Shown here: positions 24,276-35,292 of the stretch, piece after piece
How positions within the stretch are numbered: the stretch's first letter is position 1
How the letters are laid out: each line of letters opens with the position of its first letter
DNA from: Heptranchias perlo
Lineage: Eukaryota
Length of the DNA: 64,000 nt
Assembly: GCF_035084215.1 (NCBI RefSeq)
Contig: NC_090337.1
Location: 42,036,001-42,100,000 of the forward strand
Reading direction: 5' to 3'
The notes under the pieces: model-generated
Database searches by the model: none
What the model was told of the DNA's origin: nothing
The model's input: the letters and a program-made list of their open reading frames with translations, nothing else
Position numbers and translations under genes: made by a program

Positions 24276-26977
24276 CCATCGACACCACAAACTGCCGGCT
24301 CACAGTGGAAAGGATATCCAAGAAGATCGCGCATTTAGACACAGACATCAAGTTTTTACAGAGCTGCAAGAAAGCAGACAAGATCCCGAAAGGACTCCAG
24401 ATCACGAACCCACTCAAGTCCACATACAACTCGGATTACGCTGAGAGACTCTGCCGCCGTACCTCTCGCACACTCCGCAACCATCTCATACACCAACTCT
24501 ACAGCAGACGCCACAACCTCGAAACCAAGATAGAGTCCATACTCTCAACCTGTACTCAGGACACAGCAGACCAGCTACGTTATACCGCCAAACAGACGAG
24601 GCAACGGAACTACGCTGCCTACATGAAAACCAAGAGCAGGAAGCTTGAGAAACTCGGCATCACCACCAGCAACGACCAAGCTTCCCCTGGTACCACGGTT
24701 GCAACCACAGGGAAGTCTATTGTCAATTTATCCGACCACACCCTTCAACCAGACGAAATCGAAGTTCTCAGCCGAGGGCTCAATTTCTGCCCCACTACCA
24801 AAATGGACCCCACTAGTCTCGCGGCGGACACAGAGGAATTCATCAGGAGAATGAGGCTCCGGGAATTCTACCACAAACCCCAAGATTTCAGCAGCGAACC
24901 CAATGAGACAATCGACGATCCGGAACAGCAGACAGAGGGATCCGCGGTACAGCAACCGAAGAGGAAAGAGTCAAACTGGACTCCTCCGGAGGGTCGCTGC
25001 CCTCAGCTGGACATGTATGCTCAAGCTGTCAGGAAATGCGTCAATGCCAGATTCATCAGCCGCACTCAGAAGACAGTCCAGAATGTCACCCGAGCACAAC
25101 GCAACGCCATCAACGCTCTCAAGACCAACCGCAACATCGTCATCAAACCAGCGGACAAAGGAGGAGCCATAGTCATACAGAACAGAACAGACTATTGCAA
25201 AGAAGCATACCGACAACTGGACAACCAGGAACACTACAGACGGTTACCCGCAGATCCGACCAAAGAACACACCCACCAGCTCAACAAACTGATCAAGACC
25301 TTCGATCCAGACCTTCAAAGCATCCTACGCATTCTCATCCCACGTAATCCCCGCGTGGGAGACTTCTACTGCCTCCCAAAGATACACAAAGCCAACACAC
25401 CCGGACGTCCCATCGTATCAGGCAACGGAACCCTGTGTGAGAACCTCTCTGGATACATCGAGGGCATCCTGAAACCCATCGTACAGGGAACCCCCAGCTT
25501 CTGTCGCGACACTACAGACTTCCTACAAAAACTCAGTACCCACGGACCAGTTGAACCAGGAACACTTCTCACCACGATGGACGTCTCGGCACTATACACC
25601 AGTATCCCCCACGATGACGGCATCGCTGCGACAGCATCAATACTCAACACCAACAACAGCCAATCTCCGGAAGCCATCCTACAACTCATCCGCTTCATCC
25701 TGGATCACAATGTCTTCACCTTCGATAACCAGTTCTTTACCCAAACACACGGAACAGCCATGGGGACCAAATTCGCACCCCAATACGCCAACATTTTCAT
25801 GCACAAGTTCGAGCAGGACTTCTTCACTGCACAAGACCTCCAACCAACACTATACACCAGATACATCGACGACATTTTCTTTCTATGGACCCACGGCAAG
25901 GAATCACTAAAGAGACTACACGATAACATCAACAAGTTCCATCCCACCATCAAGCTCACCATGGACTACTCCTCAGAATCAGTTTCTTTCTTGGACACAC
26001 GAATCTCCATCAAAGACGGGCACCTCAGCACCTCACTCTACCGCAAGCCCACGGACAACCTCACGATGCTCCACTTTTCCAGCTTCCACCCTAACCACGT
26101 CAAAGAGGCCATCCCCTATGGACAGGCCCTGCGAATACACAGGGTCTGCTCAGACGAGGAGGAACGCGATGGACACCTACAGACGCTGAAAGACGCCCTA
26201 GTAAGAACGGGATATGACGCTCGACTCATCGATCGACAGTTCCGACGGGCCACAGCAAAAAATCGCATAGACCTCCTCAGGAGACTAACACGGGACGCAA
26301 CCAACAGAGTACCCTTTGTTGTCCAGTACTTCCCCGGAGCGGAGAAACTACGCCATGTTCTCCGCAGCCTTCAACATGTCATCAATGAGGACAAACACCT
26401 CGCTATGGCCATCCCCACACCTCCACTACTCGCCTTTAAACAGCCACCCAACCTCAAACAGACCATCGTTCGCAGCAAACTACCCAGCTTTCAAGAGAAC
26501 AGCGTCCACGACGCCACACAACCCTGCCACGGTAACCTCTGCAAGACATGCCAGATCATCGACACAGATACCACCATCACACGAGATGACACCACCCACC
26601 AGGTGCATGGTTCATACTCCTGTGACTCGGCCAACGTTGTCTACCTCATACGTTGCAGGAAAGGATGCCCCAGAGCATGGTACATTGGCGAGACCATGCA
26701 GACGCTGCGACAACGGATGAACGGACACCGCGCAACAATCGCCAAACAGGAGGGTTCCCTCCCAGTCGGGGAACACTTCAGCAGTCATGGACATTCATCC
26801 ACCGACCTTCGGGTAAGCGTACTCCAAGGCGGCCTTCGAGACACACGACAACGCAAAATCGTCGAGCAGAAATTGATAGCCAAGTTCCGCACCCATGAGG
26901 ACGGCCTCAACCGGGATCTTGGGTTCATGTCACGCTACACGTTACCCCACCAGCGAACAAATGTTATCTGTTTTTAA
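24269..26977 (+). CDS. Penelope-like reverse transcriptase / GIY-YIG endonuclease polyprotein, 902 aa from the first ATG
   Basis: Uninterrupted ORF. VLSRGLNFCP, IKPADKGGAIV (PLE DKG motif), FYCLPKIHK, GRPIVS, MDVSALYTSI, GTAMGT, RYIDDIF, FLD, LYRKPT. Cys linker PCHGNLCKTC. GIY-YIG: VVYLIRC...WYIGET...LRQRMNGHR...EHF..H...E...GLN. The track ORF starts at a TTG (24233); the first ATG is 24269. Confidence 0.96.
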   Translation: MTTIDTTNCRLTVERISKKIAHLDTDIKFLQSCKKADKIPKGLQITNPLKSTYNSDYAERLCRRTSRTLRNHLIHQLYSRRHNLETKIESILSTCTQDTADQLRYTAKQTRQRNYAAYMKTKSRKLEKLGITTSNDQASPGTTVATTGKSIVNLSDHTLQPDEIEVLSRGLNFCPTTKMDPTSLAADTEEFIRRMRLREFYHKPQDFSSEPNETIDDPEQQTEGSAVQQPKRKESNWTPPEGRCPQLDMYAQAVRKCVNARFISRTQKTVQNVTRAQRNAINALKTNRNIVIKPADKGGAIVIQNRTDYCKEAYRQLDNQEHYRRLPADPTKEHTHQLNKLIKTFDPDLQSILRILIPRNPRVGDFYCLPKIHKANTPGRPIVSGNGTLCENLSGYIEGILKPIVQGTPSFCRDTTDFLQKLSTHGPVEPGTLLTTMDVSALYTSIPHDDGIAATASILNTNNSQSPEAILQLIRFILDHNVFTFDNQFFTQTHGTAMGTKFAPQYANIFMHKFEQDFFTAQDLQPTLYTRYIDDIFFLWTHGKESLKRLHDNINKFHPTIKLTMDYSSESVSFLDTRISIKDGHLSTSLYRKPTDNLTMLHFSSFHPNHVKEAIPYGQALRIHRVCSDEEERDGHLQTLKDALVRTGYDARLIDRQFRRATAKNRIDLLRRLTRDATNRVPFVVQYFPGAEKLRHVLRSLQHVINEDKHLAMAIPTPPLLAFKQPPNLKQTIVRSKLPSFQENSVHDATQPCHGNLCKTCQIIDTDTTITRDDTTHQVHGSYSCDSANVVYLIRCRKGCPRAWYIGETMQTLRQRMNGHRATIAKQEGSLPVGEHFSSHGHSSTDLRVSVLQGGLRDTRQRKIVEQKLIAKFRTHEDGLNRDLGFMSRYTLPHQRTNVICF

Positions 26978-27356
26978 TATAATGGGTCATTTGCTGGCTC
27001 TCTCTGCCTTCCGGATGTTTCTGCCTCTCTCTGTGTTTTTTTTTCTCTGTTTTTTTTCCCTGTTTGTTTTTTTGTTGAATGTGTATTCGGGGGTTCTGCA
27101 GATGACACCTCTCTGTCTGAACACGGTGATTGCCTTGGCAACGGGCAGTTGCAGGGGCAGTCTGTAAACACCATGTATTATTCAATATGTATAAATGCGT
27201 AGGCTTCAAGGAGATCCTGAACATTTACCTGAGGAAGGAGAAAATCTCCGAAAGCTTGTGAATTTAAAATAAAATTGCTGGACTATAACTTGGTGTTGTA
27301 AAATTGTTTACAATTGTCAACCCCAGTCCATCACCGGCATCTCCACATCATGACTA
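26791..27356 (+). repeat. 3' pseudo-LTR of the Penelope-like element
   Basis: Same sequence as 23710-24275; the small ORFs in the track are duplicated exactly at +3081. Confidence 0.95.
27223..27263 (+). ncRNA. Minimal type I hammerhead ribozyme (copy 2)
   Basis: Identical to copy 1 at +3081; predicted cleavage after T27257. Confidence 0.85.
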
Positions 27357-27505
27357 AAATAACAGAGAGGGATTTTAGGCAAATACAATAAGCAGTCATA
27401 TGTTACTTTTCCAGAGAACAATTTCAAGGTCTAAAAGCCACTTTATTACTCATTACATCACTTAAACTCTCTTTCGCCTCTCAGTTCCCAAACAAACTAC
27501 CCATC

Positions 27506-27659
27506 AGGAGTGAAATTGGTCTGAGGCAGCAGCGCAAAACAAGCGACAGAGAAACAGCCGCCCATTTTACACTCCACCCGATTTTCTTTTCCATGTAAAA
27601 CGGACTGCCGACTCGTTAGCTCTCATTTTGCGCTACCTTCCGAGACAACTTTCACCCCC
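27506..27659. mobile_element. Small MITE (Harbinger-like)
   Basis: TIR aggagtgaaattggtct / agacaactttcaccccc; possible 3-bp TSD atc; internal cccattttacac.cc.cc.gattttctttccat shared with 28533-28664. Confidence 0.65.
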
Positions 27660-28329
27660 ATCACCTTGGTAATTACATTAGTCGGTAACGTGTAAAATTC
27701 ACTGGGCGTTTTCAGCCACCAATACTTTTTTGGGAGTAAATGTGTACGTATAGTTAGCTTCTTGAGTTTATTAACAATAGATATTGTTGCCGACTGTACA
27801 GGAAAGAAACAGTCTTGTCACTTCATGTTTCTTGAAATCTTACAGTGAGGTATCTGAATGTGACAGTAGTCAGAGAGGAAACATTAGCTCTACTAGTTAT
27901 TATGGTTCTGGTTTCCATATCTGACTATTTCTGGATATTTGTTATATTCAGGTGCTTTAACAGTCGTAATGCTGGGAGCTGAGTGACAAGAGTGGCTTTT
28001 TCCATAAAGTAACAAACAACAAATATATCTGTCTGGCAATATCTGTAATGTAACACAATCCACAAAATATTTCAGCAAAGTGTCTGAAATTACATTATAG
28101 AGACAGTTTTACATCAGTTCTTGTTGGTTGTATTTGTGATAAAACAGGTACAGCTCTGCAGTACGGCCTAGCGAGAGTCTTAGGAATTAATGTAGCTTGC
28201 TGCGCAGTACATAAGATCCAAAAGGAGAAAGGCTGACTGCTTGAAATGAACTGAAATGAAATTAAATGAATAAATGAAAAGAGAAATACTAAGGTTTCCA
28301 CATTAGCAGCCTTCTGGTAAATGAAAAAT

Positions 28330-28460
28330 TAAAACACGGAAAATGCTGGAAATGGACAGAAGGTCAATCCACATTGGAAAGAGAAAATTGGTTAATGTTT
28401 GGGGTGATCAAATTGCTCACTGATCTGTTTAGAATTTCTAGCACATTATATTTTATTTCA
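28330..28460. repeat. Degenerate palindromic repeat resembling an elasmobranch Penelope pLTR-derived inverted repeat
   Basis: aaaatgctggaaat...atttctagcacatt inverted arms; a tail-like piece of the same kind (atttcagatttccagcatctgcagtattttg) lies at about 47382-47415. The family assignment is from memory. Confidence 0.4.
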
Positions 28461-28532
28461 AAATTTCAATTTTCTTTTTATCTCTTATGGTAAATTAAGT
28501 TCTACTATCTTAAAGTGACCATAGGAGACTTG

Positions 28533-28664
28533 GAGGGTGAAATTGGACTTCGGCAATAGCACAAAATGAGAGATAGCAGATCGGCAGCCCATTTTACACC
28601 CCGCCTGATTTTCTTTCCATTGCACTCTGCACATTGCACTCTGCCGAAGTCCAATCTCACCCCT
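28533..28664. mobile_element. Small MITE, same family as 27506-27659
   Basis: Near-perfect TIR gggtgaaattggacttcggca / tgccgaagtccaatctcaccc. Confidence 0.75.
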
Positions 28665-30327
28665 ATGGTGTGAACATAGCTTGTTTGGATGGGAAATAGT
28701 AAATAAAAAAATGCAATATTTTGCCACTAAAAATATGCAAATTTGTACTAACAATAACAGGTGCTTTTGCTGATCATCCATCAGGAAAATTGAATACTGA
28801 GAAATGGACAACTTCTTTGCAAGAAATGTCATGTTTGGATAAAGAATGCTATGAGATCAGGATTCCTTAAACTCCAGATAAAAGTAGCTAATTTGCAAAT
28901 CTTTGCACCACAGTCTTCATTCCACAGTTCAGTCCAAAAAAAAGATAGAAAACATTTACAAAAGTGATATCTTACACAGGTGGTTAGACTCACCTGGGTG
29001 AAAGTTGGCAGTGAATTAATTATATTTAGTATGCTGTGCAATAAAACTGGATAATTGGGTAGCATTTTATGCTTGAATCAGGATTTTATATTTAAATATT
29101 ATGCTTCATTAGTAGAGCAAGTTATTTGTTATAGTCAGTTCTGATCAGAGGCTAACGTTTCCGCTGCCTCTGCTCTGGGACTGTTTATGCAAATTTACAG
29201 TACTCAGGCAGTAAATTGTGTTGCACGTGCTATGCCATAAATTGTGTTACACGTGTAAATCATGGGATTTGTTGCAGGATATTATTCTGCACCAAGTAAT
29301 TTCCCCCATTCACTAGTGATTAAATACTGTATAACAAAAGAGAATATTGGTAGATTGGAATTGTGTGCTTGCATCATATACATGTTCATCTGAAATCAGC
29401 TTTCTAATTTTTTTTCTGGATCACTGGATTTGGTATAGTGCCTCTTTAAATGGTGCTACTTAAGTTTTTTACTACCCTGTTCTCCTAAACTAGATTTGCG
29501 GATATACACATTTAGCTCGTCTGTCCAGTGGAGCAATAGCTCAGGCATTTAGAGATCTGGACCGCTTAATTCTGCGATGAATGCTTGTGACTGCTTAGTA
29601 CAGAATTAGTTCTTGGGTCACCAGTTCTAAAACCCAAACAGCTCCCACTTAACCGAGCCATCAGAATTGTTCTGTCCACTGGTGAAACATTTAAAAGAAG
29701 TAAGTTAGAAGTAGGTTAGAAAAAGTAAGTTGTATACAATACCTCAGCGCTAAGGGGAAGCACCATTGGAAAAGACACGAACATCAATGATACAAAACAA
29801 AAAGTAGATAAATAAACCGGGTCCAATGCATTTGAACTTTGTCAGAGAGTTTCTTTCTTGATTGAATAAGGTACCTCCACAGATGTTAGTTGAAGACGTG
29901 CAGATGGTGCTTGGAGCCACATTATTGACCTCATTGGATTTAGAGTTACTTAACAGGCAGTTCAGGTACTTAGCTAAATATCTGCTGGATGAGCACCAAG
30001 TGCACCAGTATTCTTGCCTACACTGGTATTTCTGCAATGACATCATCTTGCTCTGGCCTTCCTTGCAGGTTAAATTTCTCTTCCCCCATGGTTATACCTC
30101 TTTGTATTATGAAGTTACGAAGCATGCAGAGGACAACGATGATCTTGGAGACCTTGGCAGCACTGTACTATAAGTGGCTGTGACCTGTAGTGACATTGTA
30201 AGGTGTTCCGTTCCCTTCCACTTTACACCAGTTCTTGGACCTCGGAATTACAAGAACAAAATTGTACGCGACAAACAGACTTTGGCTCAACCCAAACTTA
30301 TTAGTTTATTAGACCAACAAAACCCCA

Positions 30328-31803
30328 GTACAAACCCTTCTATGATTTGACTGAAACTTACAATCACCCATGCGGCTAGTCATTACTGATGCTGATCGTA
30401 GGCCTGGACATGGAAATGACCGGTTTCCGTCCTTCTTTCCTTGACTGCAGCCTCCGCAGTGCAAACCCCTTAGTGGTTTGCCTGGAACTTACAATCACCC
30501 ACGTGGCTGGTTGTTACCGATGTTGACTGTAGGCCTGGATCTGGAGCTGACTTTTTTTAAATTCATTCATGGGATGTGAGCGTCGCTGGCCAGGCCGGCA
30601 TTTATTGCCCATCCCTAATTGCCCTCGAGAAGGTGGTGGTGAGCCGCCTTCTTGAACCGCTACAGTCCGTGTGGTGAAGGTTCTCCCACAATGCTGTTAG
30701 GAAGGGAGTTCCAGGATTTTGACCCAGCAACGATGAAGGAACGGCGATATATTTCCAAGTCGGGATGGTGTGTGACTTGGAGGGGAACGTGCAGGTGATG
30801 TTGTTCCCATGTACCTGCTGCTTTTGTCCTTCTAGGTGGTAGAGATCGCAGGTTTGGGAGATGCTGTCGAAGAAGCCTTGGTGAGTTGCTGCAGTGCATC
30901 CTGTGGATGGTACACACTGCAGCCACAGTGCGCCAGTGGTGAAGGGAGTGAATGTTTAGGGTGGTGCATGGGTCCATCAAGCGGGCTGCTTTGTCCTGGA
31001 TGGTGTCCAGCTTCTTGAGTGTTGTTGGAACTGCACTCATCCAGGCAAGTGGAGAGGATTCCATCATACTCCTGACTTGTGCCTTGTAGATGGTGGAAAG
31101 GCTTTGAGGAGTCAGGAGGTGAGTCACTCGCCGCAGAATACCCAGCCTCTGACCTGCTCTAGTAGCCACAGTATTTATATGGCTGGTCCAGTTAAGTTTC
31201 TGGTGAATGGTGACCCCCAGGATGTTGATGGTGGGAGAATTCGGCAATGGTAATGCCGTTGAATGTCAAGGGGAGGTGGTTAGACACTCTCTTGTTGGAG
31301 ATGGTCATTGCCTGGCACTTGTCTGGCGCGAATGTTACTTGCCATTTATCAGCCCAAGCCTGGATGTTGTCCAGGTCTTGCTGCATGCGGGCTCGGACTG
31401 CTTCATTATTTGAGGGGTTGCGAATGGAACTGAACACTGTGCAATCATCAGCGAACATCCCCATTTCTGACCTTATGATGGAGGGAAGGTCATTGATGAA
31501 GCAGCTGAAGATGGTTGGGCCGAGGACACTGCCCTGAGGAACTCCTGTCCTGGGGCTGAGATGATTGGCCTCCAACAACCACTACCATCTTCCTTTGTGC
31601 TCGGTATGACTCCAGCCACAGGAGAGTTTTCCCCCTGATTCACATTGACTTCAATTTTACTAGGGCTCCTTGGTGCCACACTCGGTCAAATGCTGCCTTG
31701 ATATCAAGGGCAGTCACTCTCACCTCATCTCTGAAATTCAGCTCTTTTGTCCATGTTTGGACTTATTTCTGTCCGTCTTCACCTGACTGTAGCCTCCATG
31801 TGC
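30328..31803. repeat. Diverged 131-bp tandem duplication whose second unit is split by a LINE
   Basis: ctgaaacttacaatcaccca at 30351 and ctggaacttacaatcaccca at 30482; unit 2 resumes at about 31760 (gacttatttctgtcc...gactgtagcctcc). Confidence 0.7.
30552..31762 (-). mobile_element. LINE family B, 5'-truncated
   Basis: GVPQGSVLGPTIFSCFINDL...MFADD RT motifs through the 3' tail; short duplication gactt at 30549-30553 and 31760-31764. Confidence 0.92.
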
Positions 31804-32284
31804 TGCTGTTGTACCTTCTTATAGTGTTTCAGTCATGCAAACCCCCACCTGGGCCTTATCCTTGGTTTCAGCTATCAATCTGTTGGATTGCTTGACATTC
31901 ACACCTCTTCATCTGGGCATCTCAGTGATTCAAAGCTCCTTAGTTGTGCAGAGCTGTGAAGTCAAGAGACAACCCCTTATCTCCTGCCAGCTACCTGCAC
32001 AGCATCAAGACAATGCAGTATTCCTCACTGTGATGGACCTTGGCTCACAGCATTGTTTCCATTCTTGTCCGAGACTGAGCGGAGGCTCAGTCTGCTTATA
32101 CATTGTCTCGATGTAAATGAGTCTCTGAAACTGATCATGGGCTGGAGTCTCTTTGACTAGCACCTGGGGTTAACTGTTTCATATCTCGCAGCCTGTTTCA
32201 TGTCTTGCAGTTTTACAGTGTTTTTACAGTATTTTCCATATTTGTAGTCTTACAACATCTAAAGCATTACTTTGAGTTGCAAAA

Positions 32285-32870
32285 GGTAAATTCCATAATG
32301 ATCCTAGTAGCTGTATATGCCTCATTATATCTGTACTCTGCTTCTGTAAGTGGCTGCTACGAGAGAATCATTATCCAGGACTCATGAAGTTAGCCTTGGT
32401 CTCCTTCCAGTCTGAATTTGCCTTAAAATAAGTCTGGCACAGATGACTGATGCAAAATGAAACCATTTGGGCTGCTGCCTGGGAAGCGGGCATTGACCTG
32501 TATGATACAGTGTTGGTGGTCATTGACCTGCTGCATACTGATGGAATAGAATCCTTTTCTGTTCATGGAGGCCATGGTATTGCACTGTGCTATCGATCAT
32601 CCCCTATACTTTGGAAAATGCAGCAATATGATATAATAGGGTGGCTTTGTCAACCTGTTGTTGCTGTTCAGTTGAAATTGTTGAACATGCTGAATAATAC
32701 ATCAGTCTACCTGTTTGATACATCTGAAGACAGTAAATTAGTTGATTCTGCGGACATCCCTGTACTAGCCAGGAAGAAGCCAGAAGCACAAAAGTTGGGG
32801 CCTCTGCTGACCTTGACTGCCACTGGCAGATTGGTTGCAGGTCTTCTTGAAGCATTTTGTTACTGTTAAA
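32285..32870 (-). pseudogene. Harbinger transposase core remnant
   Basis: Minus-strand translation: MNRKGFYSISMQQVNDHQHCIIQVNARFPGSS...FILHQSSVPDLF...GDQG...PLTEAEYRYNEAYTATRII. Confidence 0.8.
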
Positions 32871-33343
32871 TGTTACCTTGGATTTTTATTTTTGCCTAGA
32901 GCTTATCTGAATCCATACAACCAATGCACCAAATGAGATTGGTAATAATTTCAGAGTTGAAGAAAAAGTACTTTACCCAGATTGCTCTGCAATGTGGGAG
33001 AGAGTAGGAACAGGTCCCTTGTAAACAGCTGCTTCTGCTACTCAGCAGCCAATGTGACTCACAATCTCATCCAGAAAGTACTTTTTATTTTGAAATAAAG
33101 TCTGTTTTATGTGATGCCCCTGCCACAATCACAAAGTTATGTTGCAGTTGTCATCATATTAATAATGAGCAATGTTTGTGCATGTCAAGTTGTAGTGATG
33201 CAAAGCAATGTATAAAGCTTACAATGCTATTGAGTTATTTTGTTGTTTGTTTAGTAGTTGGTCTGGTTGTATGACCACTTACTTTGGCATATGTTTTATT
33301 CTGCAAGGTGTCATAATGTCCAGTCAATGTCATAATGTCATCA

Positions 33344-34253
33344 ATCCCTCCATCATAAGGTCAGAAATGGGGCTGTTCGCTGATGATTGCACAGTGTTCA
33401 ATTCCATTTGCAGCCCCTCAGATAATGAAGCAGTCCGTGCCCGCATGCAGCAAGACCTGGACAACATCCAGGCTTGGGCTGATAAGTGGCAAGTAACATT
33501 CGCTCCACACAAGTGGCAGACAATGACCATCTCCAACAAGAGTCTAACCACCTCCCCTTGACATTCAATGGCATTACCATCGCCAAATCCCCCACTATCA
33601 ACATCCTGGGGGTTATCATTGACCAGAAGCTTAACTCGACCAGCTACATAAATACCGTGGCTACAAGAGCAGGTCAGAGGCTGGGCATTCTGCAGCGAGT
33701 GACTCACCTCCTGACTCCCCAAAGCCTTTCCACCATCTACAAGGCACAAGTCAGGAGTGTGATGGAATACTGTCCACTTGCCTGGATGAGTGCAGCTCCA
33801 ACAACCCTCAAGAAGCTCGACACCATCCAGGACAAAGCAGCCCGCTTAATTGGTACCCCATCCACCATCTTAAACATTCACTCCCCCCGCCACTGGCGCA
33901 CCATGGCTGCAGTGTGTACCATCTACAAGAAGCAGTGCAGTAACTCACCAAGGCTTCTTCGACAGCACCTCCAAAACTCGTGACCTCTACCACCTAGAAG
34001 GACAAGGGTAGCAGGTACATGTTCCCACTCCAAGTCACACACCATCTTGGAACTATATCGCCGTTCCTTCATCGTCGCTGGGTCAAAATTCTGGAACTCC
34101 CTACCTAACAGCACTGTGGGAAAGCCTTCACCACACGGACTGCAGCAGTTCAAGAAGGTGGTTCCCCACCACCTTCTCAAGAGCAATTAGGGATGGGCAA
34201 TAAATGCTGGCCTCGCCAGCGACGCCCACATCCCATGAATGAATTTTTAAAAA
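33344..34253 (+). mobile_element. LINE family B, 5'-truncated
   Basis: LFADDCTVF...QQDLDNIQAWADKWQVTF through the catcccatgaatgaa 3' end. Confidence 0.9.
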
Positions 34254-34255
34254 CT

Positions 34256-34417
34256 GGGGTAAAATTTGACTGCGACCGTTCCTGGCGCACAACGGGAACG
34301 CATATCCTAAAATTGCACGCTCACAGCCCGTAATTTTACATAAATTAACTTTAACGGACACAGTGCCCAATTTCCCAATATGTGCCCCAGGAGTGCGGAC
34401 AGTAGAATTTTTCCCCC
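34256..34417. mobile_element. Small MITE
   Basis: ggggtaaaatttgactg / agtagaatttttcccc terminal inverted repeat, with internal gcac/gtgc symmetry. Confidence 0.55.
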
Positions 34418-35292
34418 TTGTGCCAGCAACAGAATACCATTTACACAAAAAGCAAAATCTCCCTGCATCTGTTTAAGGTTAATTCCTGTACTTTCTTCCG
34501 AATTTAAGCATTTCCTTCTGCAAGCTTTTTACTCATTCATGATGAGATATCAGACACATCTTTCATATCTGTCTGCTGTAATGCCAACATCTATCAAACA
34601 TCAGACACATAATAGGTCACCCCATATGAATTTTTCAATTTGTGATTAAGAAGCTGTGTCCAAGTGTGACGAAGTGTACATTGAGCCCAGATAGTAATGC
34701 ATGGATGTGTTTCTTCAAGTTATATGCTTTCTGCCATCTTACATATTAATACTTTATGATGTTACTTGTGAATGGTACATGATATCTTGTTAGTGGACCT
34801 CGTCAACTACTGAACTATCTAACATCCAATTTTGTTGGTCAATAGTGTTTGACGAGGTGTAATCTATTTATGGCATGTGCATAGCATATAGGAAATATCA
34901 TATTAAGGATGCTTGCAGTTTCAAAAACTTATACTAGCTGTGATCTATACTGAATGATATAATAAAGCTATACATTTCTTAAAACCATAACTAAAAATTA
35001 GATATTTGTCCATTTTCTTCTATGCAACACATGAAATTGTGCATGATTACATGTCAGACATGATAAGTATATTTTGACTGTATCAGCTAAAGTAAATAGA
35101 CATTGGTGAATAAGGAATCAAGTATGCTAGTGCAGACTGAACGAGCGTAACTATTAATTTGTTTGATCTTAAGCATGTTTCTGAAGAATTTAAGTATGAT
35201 GCTACAACTGATATTTGAACATGGGAATAATATGCTTGGCATCTGTCTTCTAAACGCCACTACTGATCTCATCAACAACGACGTACATTTAT

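Larger units (their letters stand above)
23710..27356 (+). mobile_element. Full-length Penelope-like retroelement (Neptune-type) with direct pseudo-LTRs
   Basis: Direct repeats 23710-24275 and 26791-27356 (offset 3081) overlap both ends of the ORF; flanking 12-bp duplication ACTAAAATAACA at 23701-23712 and 27353-27364; intact RT/GIY-YIG ORF. Confidence 0.97.

Noticed and set aside
23710-27356. LTR retrotransposon or retrovirus interpretation of the direct repeats
   Set aside because: The repeats overlap the ORF ends and lack TG...CA termini; there is no gag, protease, RNase H or integrase; the protein is RT plus GIY-YIG.
29125-29185. Minus-strand GAAACGTT near CTGATCA, hammerhead-like
   Set aside because: The core is not CTGANGA, and the order and stems do not fit a hammerhead fold.
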